31,218 nt of DNA. It comes from Gammaproteobacteria bacterium (GTDB taxonomy: Bacteria; Pseudomonadota; Gammaproteobacteria; JALTLT01). The DNA is taken from positions 1 to 31,218 of the forward strand of contig JALTLT010000461.1 of assembly GCA_027001815.1 (NCBI GenBank). Reading direction: 5' to 3'. The position numbers and the translations under genes are program-made. Positions within the stretch are counted from its first letter, which is position 1; the number at the start of each line of letters is the position of its first letter. The notes below the pieces were generated by a model. It ran no database searches, had not been told where the DNA came from, and worked only from the letters and a program-made list of their open reading frames with translations. Positions 7,956-17,699 of this stretch are shown in pieces.

Positions 7956-9467
7956 ATGCCGGACCGCTATATCGACAAGATCCTCAAGGCGCGCGTCTAC
8001 GACGTGGCGCGGGAGACACCGCTGGAGCGGGCGCCGCTGCTCAGTGCCCGGCTGGGCAACCAGGTGTATCTCAAGCGGGAGGATCTGCAGCCGGTCTTCT
8101 CCTTCAAGCTGCGCGGCGCCTACAACCGCATGGCCCATCTCTCCGCCGGGGAGCGGGGGCGGGGGGTGATCGCCGCCTCCGCCGGCAACCACGCCCAGGG
8201 GGTGGCCCTCTCCGCCCAGCGGCTGGGGATCCAGGCGGTGATCGTGATGCCGGAGACCACCCCCTCCATCAAGGTCGCCTCGGTACGCGCCCGCGGGGCT
8301 GAGGTGGTGCTGCACGGCGATGCCTACGACGAGGCCTACCGCCGGGCGGTCGACCTGGCGCAGCAGCGGGGGCTCACCTTCATCCACCCCTACGACGATC
8401 CGGAGGTGATCGCCGGCCAGGGGACCATCGCCATGGAGATCCTGCGCCAGCACCGGGACTCCCTGCACGCCATCTTCGTGCCGGTGGGGGGTGGTGGCCT
8501 GATCGCCGGCGTGGCGGCCTACGTGAAGTATCTCTATCCGGAGATCCGCGTCGTCGGTGTGGAGCCGGACGACGCCGCCTGCCTGCACGCCGCCCTCCAG
8601 GCGGGGGAGCGGGTGGTGCTCCCCCAGGTGGGGATCTTCGCCGACGGGGTGGCGGTGCGGCAGATCGGCGAGGAGCCGTTCCGCATCGCCCGTACCTGCG
8701 TGGACGAGGTGGTCACCGTCTCCACCGACGAGATCTGCGGTGCCCTCAAGGATGTCTTCGACGACACCCGCTCCATCGTCGAGCCGGCCGGTGCCCTGGC
8801 GGTGGCGGGGCTCAAGCGTTACGTGGAGCGGGAGGGGGTCGAAGGGCAGAACCTGGTGGCCATCAACAGCGGCGCCAATATCAACTTCGACCGGCTGCGC
8901 TATGTGGCGGAGCGGGCCGAGGTGGGCGAGCACCGTGAGGCGCTGCTGGCGGTCACCATCCCCGAGCGCCCCGGCAGCTTCCTGGAGTTCTGCCGCCTGA
9001 TCGGCCACCGCGGCATTACCGAGTTCAACTACCGCTACGCCGATGCCCGCGAGGCGCACGTCTTCGCCGGCGTGCAGCTCCAGCGGGGCGAGCGGGAGAA
9101 GGAGGAGCTGATCGGCCTGCTGCGGGAGCAGGGCTACGCGGTCACCGACATGACCGGCAACGAGATGGCCAAGAGCCACGTCCGCTACATGGTGGGCGGT
9201 CATGCGCAGGTGGCGGACGAGATCCTCTACCGCTTCGAGTTTCCGGAGCGTCCCGGCGCCCTGCTGCGCTTCCTGTCGCGCATCGGCGGGCGCTGGAACA
9301 TCAGCCTCTTCCACTACCGCAACCACGGCTCCACCTACGGCCGGGTGCTGGTGGGGATGCAGGTGCCGGAGGCGGACCGCGAGCGGCTGCGGGCCTTCCT
9401 CGAGGAGCTCAACTACGTCTACTGGGAGGAGCGGGGCAACCCCGCCTACCACCTCTTCCTGGGCTGA
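7956..9467 (+). CDS. ilvA: Threonine ammonia-lyase, biosynthetic
   Basis: [19 protein letters not shown] (PLP lysine), [15 protein letters not shown], two C-terminal ACT-like repeats ([15 protein letters not shown]; FHYRNHG). Start set at ATG 7956 ([10 protein letters not shown]). Confidence 0.96.
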   Translation: MPDRYIDKILKARVYDVARETPLERAPLLSARLGNQVYLKREDLQPVFSFKLRGAYNRMAHLSAGERGRGVIAASAGNHAQGVALSAQRLGIQAVIVMPETTPSIKVASVRARGAEVVLHGDAYDEAYRRAVDLAQQRGLTFIHPYDDPEVIAGQGTIAMEILRQHRDSLHAIFVPVGGGGLIAGVAAYVKYLYPEIRVVGVEPDDAACLHAALQAGERVVLPQVGIFADGVAVRQIGEEPFRIARTCVDEVVTVSTDEICGALKDVFDDTRSIVEPAGALAVAGLKRYVEREGVEGQNLVAINSGANINFDRLRYVAERAEVGEHREALLAVTIPERPGSFLEFCRLIGHRGITEFNYRYADAREAHVFAGVQLQRGEREKEELIGLLREQGYAVTDMTGNEMAKSHVRYMVGGHAQVADEILYRFEFPERPGALLRFLSRIGGRWNISLFHYRNHGSTYGRVLVGMQVPEADRERLRAFLEELNYVYWEERGNPAYHLFLG

Positions 9468-9523
9468 AACGATCGATCGACGGTGGCGCCCGGCGCCGCC
9501 CATCTGAATATGGAGTGGCAGCA

Positions 9524-10750
<1,227 letters not shown>

Positions 10751-10802
10751 GCCGTTTTACCGCAGTGAAGGCGATCGACCCCGAAGATTCGTTGCACATC
10801 CC

Positions 10803-13800
10803 ATGAAAGAGATGACACGGATGCGTCTGCCTTTTACCACCCGCGAGATCTACCGGCTCTTCGATCATCGCTACATCAAGCGGGGCAAGGCCTACTTCCG
10901 CGAAGGACGGGTGGAGACGGCCCGCTATCATCCCGGAGCGGGGCGGATCACCGGCGAGGTGCGGGGCTCCGGGAGGCGCCGCTACCGGGTCCATGTGGCG
11001 ATCGGTCACAAGGGCGATGCCATCGATCTCTCCGGCTCCTGCAGCTGCCCGGTGGGGCGCAACTGCAAGCACGTGGTGGCGGTGCTGTTCGAGCTGCTGG
11101 AGGAGGAGCGGCTGGCGCTCCAGACGCCGGCCGGTACGCCACGCGATCCGGTGGAGAGCTGGCTCTTCCGGGTGCGTGACGCCCTGAAAGGGGAGGAGGG
11201 GGGATCCGCGGCGGAAGGGAAGCGGGCCCTCCGGCACGCACTGGTCTACGTGATCGACGAGGTGCCGCGGATGGTGGCCGGACGCCGGGAGCGGAGGCTC
11301 CGGGTGTCGGTGCTGGTGGCCTACCGGCTCAAGAGCGGCGGGTACGGCAACAACCACCCCTTCGGCCTGATGCGCCTGGGCAGTCTCATAAGCCCCCCCG
11401 CCTATCTTCAGCCCGCGGATCGGGACCTGCTGCCGCTGCTCTACGCGCGAGCGATGATGGATCCGGGTCGCCAGCCGTGCCTCGATGGCCCGGGCAGCGG
11501 TGAGCTGTTGCGCAGGATGCTGGAGACCGGACGCTGCCACTGGCAGGAGGTGAACGGCCCCCTTCTGGGAGTGGGCGCGGAACGGGATCTGGAGCCCGAC
11601 TGGGAACCCCCGGACGACGCCGGTTGCCAGGCCCCGCGGCTGCGTGCCGACCCCCCCGTCGACCGGCTCCTGCCGGTGGATCCCCCCTGGTATCTGGACC
11701 TGGAACGGCAGGTGTGCGGCCCCGCCCGCTCCTCCCTGCCGCCCACCCTTCTGCGCCAGTGGATCGAGGCGCCACCCGTGCCCCCCGATGCGGTGGCGCG
11801 CGTCGGCGCGGCCCTCGCCGAGGCCCCCGTGCCGCTGCCGCCACCGGCCACGGTGGAGCTGGTGGAGAAGGAGGCGCCACCCCTCTGCCCGGTCCTGCGG
11901 CTGGGCCGCATCCGGCGTGACCACTGGGGTCAGGGGTGGGAGTACGATCCCACCCCCGGCGGTTGGGGATACGAGTATCGGGCGGTGGCCTGGCTCCACT
12001 TCGAGTACGAGGGTCTGGAGGTCTCCCCCCGCGACGATCGCGACGAGCTGGTGAAGCGGGAGGGGCTGCGCCTACGTCGTTTCGTGCGCGACTTCGATGC
12101 CGAGAAGGCCGCCCTTCAACGCCTGGCCAGGGCCGGTCTGAAGCCGCCTTTCTGGTGCCGCGAGGCGGATCGTCCGCCGGGGATACTGCTGGCCATGGGG
12201 GAGGGGGCGGAAGAGGAGCTCTGGATGCACTTCGTGCTGACGGAGATGGCCAGCCTGGAAGAGGAGGGGTGGCGCGTGGAGATCGAGGCGCCGTTCCCCT
12301 ACCGGATCGCCGAGGTGGATGCCTGGCATGTGGACATCGACGCCACCGGCGACAATCAGTGGTTCGACCTGGAGCTGGGGGTGGAGGTGGAGGGGCGACG
12401 GATCAGCCTTCTGCCGATCCTGGTCCAGGTGCTGGAGACCCATCGGGATCTGCTGGCGGGATGGCGTGATCTCCCCGAAGAACACGCCCTGCTGCTGGAG
12501 CTGGAGGATGGTCGTCGTCTGCGCCTGCCGACCCGGCGCATCGGCCACATCCTCGACGTGCTGGTGGAGTTGTACGACCCCGAGGCGCTGGACGATGCGG
12601 GGAGGCTGCGGGTCCATCGTCTCCGTTCGCGCGAGCTGACGGAGCTGGGCCAGGGGGAGGGTGACCTCCGGTGGCGGGGCAGCGAGCAGCTCCGGGCCGC
12701 GGCCCGGCAGCTCGAGGCGCTCGGCCGGGTGCGTCCGAAGGCCGCCCCGCGCGGTTTTCGCACCCGCCTGCGCCCCTACCAGAAGGAGGGGCTCGGCTGG
12801 CTCCAGTTCCTCCGCCAGCACGGCTTCAACGGTGTGCTGGCCGACGACATGGGACTGGGCAAGACCGTGCAGACCCTGGCCCACGTCCTGCGCGAGAAGC
12901 GGGAGGGGCGCCTCGACCGGCCCGCCCTGGTGGTGGCGCCCACCAGCCTGATGTTCAACTGGCGCCGGGAGGCGGAGCAGTTCACTCCGGAGCTGTCGGT
13001 GCTCACCCTGCACGGTCCGGAGCGCAAGGGGCTCTTCGACGAGATTCCCCGCCACGACCTGGTGCTCACCACCTATCCTCTGCTGCCCCGTGACGAACAG
13101 AGCCTCCGGGCGCACCCCTTCCACCTGCTGATCCTGGATGAGGCACAGCAGATCAAGAATCCCAGGGCCAAGGCGGGGCAGGTGGTCCGATCACTCGAGG
13201 CGCGCCACCGCCTCTGCCTCACCGGCACCCCCCTCGAGAACCATCTGGGGGAGCTGTGGTCGCTGTTCGACTTTCTCATGCCGGGTCTGCTCGGCAGCGA
13301 GCGGCAGTTCCGGCGCCTCTTCCGCACGCCGGTGGAGAAGCATGGCGACCAGGAGCGGGCGCAGCGGCTGGCGCGTCGCGTGGCCCCCTTCCTGCTGCGG
13401 CGCGACAAGGAGCAGGTGGCCACCGACCTGCCCCCCAAGACCGAGATCGTGCGCAGTGTTCCCCTGAAGGGGAAGCAGCGTGATCTCTACGAGACCATCC
13501 GCCTCGCCATGCATGGCAAGGTGCGCAAGGCGATCGCCGCCCGCGGTCTCGCCCGCAGCCAGATCGTGATCCTGGAGGCACTGCTCAAGCTGCGCCAGGT
13601 GTGCTGCGATCCCCGCCTGCTGAAGATGGAGGCGGCGCGCAAGGTGAGGGGCTCGGCCAAGCTCGATCTGCTCATGGGGCTGTTGCCGGAGCTGCTGGAG
13701 GAGGGGCGGCGGATCCTGCTCTTCAGCCAGTTCACCTCCATGCTCGCCCTGATCGAGGAGGAGCTGGCGGCCCGCCGCATCGGCTACCTGAAGCTGACCG

Positions 13801-14162
13801 GCAAGACCCGCGACCGGGAGACCCCCATCCGCCGATTCCAGGAGGGGGAGATCCCCCTCTTTCTCATCAGCCTCAAGGCGGGTGGCACCGGTCTCAACCT
13901 GACCACCGCCGATACCGTTATCCACTACGATCCCTGGTGGAACCCGGCGGTGGAGAACCAGGCCACCGACCGCGCCCACCGTATCGGCCAGGAGAAGCCG
14001 GTCTTCGTTTACAGGCTCCTCACCGAGGGAACCGTCGAGGAGCGGATCCAGGCCCTCCAGGCCCGCAAGCGGGAGCTGGCCGAAGGGCTCTTCGACCGCG
14101 CCGGTCGCGGTCGTCTGCCCGGCCCCGACGAGCTGGAGGCGCTCTTCGAACCGCTGGGGTGA
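10803..14162 (+). CDS. SWIM zinc finger plus SNF2-family (DEAQ) helicase/ATPase
   Basis: SWIM CSCPVGRNCKH; SNF2 motifs LADDMGLGKT, DEAQ, TGTPLEN, LFSQFT, SLKAGGTGLNLT, QATDRAHRIGQ. Start could be 10803, 10812 or 10821. Confidence 0.9.
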   Translation: MKEMTRMRLPFTTREIYRLFDHRYIKRGKAYFREGRVETARYHPGAGRITGEVRGSGRRRYRVHVAIGHKGDAIDLSGSCSCPVGRNCKHVVAVLFELLEEERLALQTPAGTPRDPVESWLFRVRDALKGEEGGSAAEGKRALRHALVYVIDEVPRMVAGRRERRLRVSVLVAYRLKSGGYGNNHPFGLMRLGSLISPPAYLQPADRDLLPLLYARAMMDPGRQPCLDGPGSGELLRRMLETGRCHWQEVNGPLLGVGAERDLEPDWEPPDDAGCQAPRLRADPPVDRLLPVDPPWYLDLERQVCGPARSSLPPTLLRQWIEAPPVPPDAVARVGAALAEAPVPLPPPATVELVEKEAPPLCPVLRLGRIRRDHWGQGWEYDPTPGGWGYEYRAVAWLHFEYEGLEVSPRDDRDELVKREGLRLRRFVRDFDAEKAALQRLARAGLKPPFWCREADRPPGILLAMGEGAEEELWMHFVLTEMASLEEEGWRVEIEAPFPYRIAEVDAWHVDIDATGDNQWFDLELGVEVEGRRISLLPILVQVLETHRDLLAGWRDLPEEHALLLELEDGRRLRLPTRRIGHILDVLVELYDPEALDDAGRLRVHRLRSRELTELGQGEGDLRWRGSEQLRAAARQLEALGRVRPKAAPRGFRTRLRPYQKEGLGWLQFLRQHGFNGVLADDMGLGKTVQTLAHVLREKREGRLDRPALVVAPTSLMFNWRREAEQFTPELSVLTLHGPERKGLFDEIPRHDLVLTTYPLLPRDEQSLRAHPFHLLILDEAQQIKNPRAKAGQVVRSLEARHRLCLTGTPLENHLGELWSLFDFLMPGLLGSERQFRRLFRTPVEKHGDQERAQRLARRVAPFLLRRDKEQVATDLPPKTEIVRSVPLKGKQRDLYETIRLAMHGKVRKAIAARGLARSQIVILEALLKLRQVCCDPRLLKMEAARKVRGSAKLDLLMGLLPELLEEGRRILLFSQFTSMLALIEEELAARRIGYLKLTGKTRDRETPIRRFQEGEIPLFLISLKAGGTGLNLTTADTVIHYDPWWNPAVENQATDRAHRIGQEKPVFVYRLLTEGTVEERIQALQARKRELAEGLFDRAGRGRLPGPDELEALFEPLG

Positions 14163-14222
14163 ACCGAACCGGCGCTTCCTGAACTTTTCCTCCCCCACCC
14201 TGTCTCACCATCCGACGCCCGA

Positions 14223-14259
14223 TTGACAACGGTTCTCGTTTCCGCGTACCGTTGGGGTA
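14223..14259 (+). promoter_or_regulatory. Sigma70 promoter with an overlapping palindromic operator candidate for the uORF-cusCBA operon
   Basis: TTGACA (14223-28), 18-nt spacer, TACCGT (14247-52). TACC-gttgg-GGTA at 14247-14259 covers the -10. A second inverted repeat caacggt/accgttg lies at 14227-33 / 14248-54. Confidence 0.6.
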
Positions 14260-14267
14260 CGGATCAC

Positions 14268-14690
14268 ATGGGAGAGAGCGGCTTGTTCCAGGCCCTGCGC
14301 AAAGCCTATCGACGCAACGCCCTGCTGGCGGTTCCGCTGCTGGCGGCGGCGTGGCTGGTGCTGGCGTGCCAGAGCTGTCTGGCGGCGGTGGCCGGCGACG
14401 GGGTGGAGGGAGCGGCCGGAGCGGAGCATCACTGCTGTCCCGACGCCGTCCAGACGGCCCATCATGAAGGCTGCGACTGTGGTGCCCAGTGCCTCTCCGC
14501 CCTGCCCGATTCGGTCCAGCCTCCTGCCCTGGCGAAGAGCGTGGACGAGAAGCCGGCTCCCGCCCTTGTGGCGCTGGTGGAGTACCGGCAGCCCGACTAC
14601 CCGGTGGTGTGGCAGATCCCGCCGCCCCGCGCCGAGGCCTCTCCCGGCGATCCCCTTCTTCTCGCCCGCAAGTGTCTCCTTCTGCTTTGA
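14268..14690 (+). CDS. Cys/His-rich upstream membrane-anchored protein (DUF2946-like / leader-type ORF preceding heavy-metal RND operons)
   Basis: 140 aa from ATG 14268: hydrophobic segment, CQSC, HHCC, HHEGCDCGAQC, Pro-rich PPP, C-terminal RKCLLLL; first ORF after the promoter. Family assignment is by pattern only. Confidence 0.65.
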   Translation: MGESGLFQALRKAYRRNALLAVPLLAAAWLVLACQSCLAAVAGDGVEGAAGAEHHCCPDAVQTAHHEGCDCGAQCLSALPDSVQPPALAKSVDEKPAPALVALVEYRQPDYPVVWQIPPPRAEASPGDPLLLARKCLLLL

Positions 14691-14847
14691 CAGACCCCCT
14701 CCCTTCCGCGGAGTGGTGTCTGATCCCCCGTTTCTGCGCCGTTTTCTGACCGGCTGAGTCCGGTTCCGGCATCCGACGTCACTCCGCTCGTGTTCCACGG
14801 GCGCCCGGACCCCTTCCGGGTATTCCAGAGAGAACCGGAGTGACGAG
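14691..14847 (+). promoter_or_regulatory. Structured intercistronic RNA with mutually exclusive helices covering the cusC RBS
   Basis: 14777-14786 is the perfect 10-nt complement of 14836-14845 (contains GGAG). 14708-14720 pairs with 14775-14787 (13 bp, 2 G-U). 14691-14722 forms a hairpin directly after the uORF stop. Confidence 0.6.
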
Positions 14848-16110
14848 ATGTCCACACGACACTGGATCCCCCTCCTGCTGCTGCTGCTGGCAGCGGGTAC
14901 CACACAGGCTGCCACCCCGGCCCCGTTGACCCTCGACGAGGCGGAGCGACTGGCGGTGGAACAGGACGCGCTCAGCGAGCGCAGCGCCCGCCTGGCCGAG
15001 GCCTTCGAAGAGGAGGCGGTGGCCGACGAGCAGCTTCCCGACCCGCGCCTCAAGCTGGGCCTGGCCAACTTCCCTACCGACACCTTCAGCTTCACCCAGG
15101 AGCCGATGACCCAGCTCGTGGTGGGGGTACAGCAGCGCTTTCCACGCGGTGAAAGCCGCCGAATCCGCGGCGAGCGGCGCCAGGTGCAGGCCGCCGAGCA
15201 GCGGGCCCGGCTGGCCGAACGCCGTCGCAAGGTGCGCCAGGAGACCCGCAAGGCGTGGTGGGAACTGGTCTACTGGCTGCGGGCCGAGAAGGTGCTGGAG
15301 GCCAACCGCGGCCTCTTCCGGCAGATGGTGGAGGTGACCGAGTACCAGTACGGGGCCGGCCGCCACAACCAGCAGGACGTGATCCGTGCCCAGCTCGAGC
15401 TCTCCCGGCTGGAGGACCGGCTGGCGAAGGTGCGCCAGGAGCAGGATCGTGCCCGGGCGGTGCTGGCGCGCTGGATCGGCGACGCCGCGGCGCGCCGGGC
15501 CCTGGCCGACGACCATCCGGACGAGGTCTCCCTGCCGGGCCTGGAGGTGCTGGTGGAGCGTCTCCCCGCACACCCTCTCCTGAAGGCGGAGCAGGCGCGC
15601 ATCGAGGCGGCCCGCAAGGGGGTGGAGCTGGCCGAGCAGGCCTACAGGCCGGGCTGGATGCTGGATGTCAGCTACGGCCTTCGCGGGGGCGAGAACATGG
15701 ACGGCAGCACCCGCTCCGATTTCCTCTCCGCGGCGGTGATGGTGGACCTTCCCCTCTTCACCGCCAACCGCCAGGACCGCAAGGTGACCGCCGCCCACCG
15801 GCGGGTATCGGCGGCCCAGAGCGTACGGGACGACCGGTTGCGGGAGCTGAAGCGGATGCTCGAGAGCCAGTACGCCTCCTGGCTGCGCATCAACGAGCGT
15901 CTGGTCCTCTACCGGGAACGGCTGGTGCCGGAGACGGCGCAGAACGCCATCGCCTCGCTTGAGGCCTACCAGAACGACAACGCCGACTTCACCACCCTGT
16001 TGCGTGCCCGCATCACCGAACTCAACACCCATCTCGACGTGGAGCGCCTGCACCGTGACCGCGGGCGGGTGCTGGCCGTCATCGAATACCTCGCAGGAGA
16101 AGAACAATGA
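14848..16110 (+). CDS. cusC: TolC-family outer-membrane factor of a heavy-metal RND efflux system (CusC-like)
   Basis: Signal peptide, [19 protein letters not shown], coiled-coil repeats, [21 protein letters not shown]; ATGA overlap with the next gene. Confidence 0.85.
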   Translation: MSTRHWIPLLLLLLAAGTTQAATPAPLTLDEAERLAVEQDALSERSARLAEAFEEEAVADEQLPDPRLKLGLANFPTDTFSFTQEPMTQLVVGVQQRFPRGESRRIRGERRQVQAAEQRARLAERRRKVRQETRKAWWELVYWLRAEKVLEANRGLFRQMVEVTEYQYGAGRHNQQDVIRAQLELSRLEDRLAKVRQEQDRARAVLARWIGDAAARRALADDHPDEVSLPGLEVLVERLPAHPLLKAEQARIEAARKGVELAEQAYRPGWMLDVSYGLRGGENMDGSTRSDFLSAAVMVDLPLFTANRQDRKVTAAHRRVSAAQSVRDDRLRELKRMLESQYASWLRINERLVLYRERLVPETAQNAIASLEAYQNDNADFTTLLRARITELNTHLDVERLHRDRGRVLAVIEYLAGEEQ

Positions 16111-17699
16111 TTCGCAGATCCACTCTCTCTCTCGCCGTCGCCCTGACGCTCGTCTCCACCGCGGCCCTGCCCCTGCCCGCCCGTGCCGCCGAGGCGGCCG
16201 GGGAGACCGCCCTGGAGCATGCGCAGAAGCATCTCGACCCCAAGTACGTCTGCCCCATGCATCCGCAGATCATCCGTGACGAGCCCGGGAACTGTCCCAT
16301 CTGCGGCATGGATCTGGTTCCCGTGGAGCAGGAGGAGGCCGACGAGCCGAAGGAGCGCAAGATCCTCTACTACCGCCACCCCCACAAGCCCGACATCATC
16401 TCGCCGGTGCCGCGCAAGGACGAGATGGGGATGGACTTCGTGCCGGTCTACGACGACGGTGGCGGCGCCTCGGTGAAGATCACCCCGGCGGTGATCAACA
16501 ATCTGGGAGTGCGTACCGCCGAGGCGGAGCGGGGGCGCCTGTGGCGCCGCATCGATACGGTCGGCTTCGTCGACTACGACGAGAATCTCGTCTCCCACAT
16601 CCACCTGCGCACCGACGGCTGGATCGAGAAGCTGCACGTCAAGTACGACGGTGAGCGGGTGAAGAAGGGGCAGGTGCTGTTCGAGGTCTACTCGCCCAAG
16701 CTGGTCAACGCCCAGGAGGAGTATCTCAACGCCCGCCGTGCCGGGGGCCGGCTGGTGAAGGCCTCCGCCGAGCGACTGCGGGCGCTCGGGGTCTCCGACG
16801 ACCAGATCGACGAACTGGCGCGCAGCGGCCGGGTGCTGCAGCGGGTCAAGATCCACGCCCCCCAGGATGGCATCGTGGCCAGGCTCAAGGTCCGTCAGGG
16901 GATGTACGTCAAGCCCATGAACGAGGTGATGAGCATCGCCGACCTCTCCCGCGTCTGGGTGATGGCGGAGGTGTTCGAGAAGCAGGTGGACTGGGTGCAG
17001 GAGGGGCAGAGTGCCGATGTCCGTCTCGACTACCTGCCGGGGGAGGAGCTCGAGGGGCGGGTGGAGTTCATCTATCCGGAACTCGATCCCAGGACCCGCA
17101 CCCTGCGCGTGCGGCTCAGCTTCCCCAACCCGGAGATGCGCCTCAAGCCCAACATGTACGCCAGTGTCGCCATCTACGGTGGGCCGAAGGATGACGTGGT
17201 CTTCATCCCGCGCGAGGCGCTGATCCGCACCGGCCGGGAGAGCCGGGTGATCCTGGCGGTGGGTGAGGGGCGTTTCCAGCCGCGCGAGGTGGTGCCCGGC
17301 ATCGAGTCCGGGGACTACGTGGAGATCCGCGCCGGTCTCGAGGGGGGCGAGAAGGTGGTCACCTCCGGCCAGTTCCTGATCGACTCCGAGGCGAGCCTCA
17401 AGGCGAGCCTGCTGCGCATGCAGGGGGCGGCCGGAGAGGAGGCGTCCGCGGCGCCGGAGGTGGTGGCCACCGGCACCGGCGAGCTGAAGGCGGTGGGGGA
17501 GGGCAGTGTCAATCTCGCCCACGACCCCATCGAGGCGCTGGGCTGGCCGGCCATGACCATGGACTTCGAACTGGCCGAGGGGGCCTCGGCGGAGGGCATC
17601 GCGCCCGGAACCGCCGTGGAGTTCGACCTCATCGAGGGCAGCGACGGCTATCTGATCTCGGCCATTCGCCCGCGGGACGGCGAGGGGGGTGAGCAATGA
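16107..17699 (+). CDS. cusB: Heavy-metal RND periplasmic adaptor (CusB) with N-terminal metal-binding repeats and a C-terminal CusF domain
   Basis: [20 protein letters not shown], second repeat [21 protein letters not shown], core GWIEKL / YSP.LV.AQEEYL / IYPELD..TRTLRVR, C-terminal [16 protein letters not shown] (CusF H/W/M/M site). Confidence 0.92.
   Translation: MIRRSTLSLAVALTLVSTAALPLPARAAEAAGETALEHAQKHLDPKYVCPMHPQIIRDEPGNCPICGMDLVPVEQEEADEPKERKILYYRHPHKPDIISPVPRKDEMGMDFVPVYDDGGGASVKITPAVINNLGVRTAEAERGRLWRRIDTVGFVDYDENLVSHIHLRTDGWIEKLHVKYDGERVKKGQVLFEVYSPKLVNAQEEYLNARRAGGRLVKASAERLRALGVSDDQIDELARSGRVLQRVKIHAPQDGIVARLKVRQGMYVKPMNEVMSIADLSRVWVMAEVFEKQVDWVQEGQSADVRLDYLPGEELEGRVEFIYPELDPRTRTLRVRLSFPNPEMRLKPNMYASVAIYGGPKDDVVFIPREALIRTGRESRVILAVGEGRFQPREVVPGIESGDYVEIRAGLEGGEKVVTSGQFLIDSEASLKASLLRMQGAAGEEASAAPEVVATGTGELKAVGEGSVNLAHDPIEALGWPAMTMDFELAEGASAEGIAPGTAVEFDLIEGSDGYLISAIRPRDGEGGEQ

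Noticed and set aside
14223-14254. CueR/MerR-type operator at the cus promoter
   Set aside because: The spacer is 18 rather than 19 nt, there is no ACCTTCC-N7-GGAAGGT-like dyad within it, and the inverted repeat present straddles the hexamers instead.
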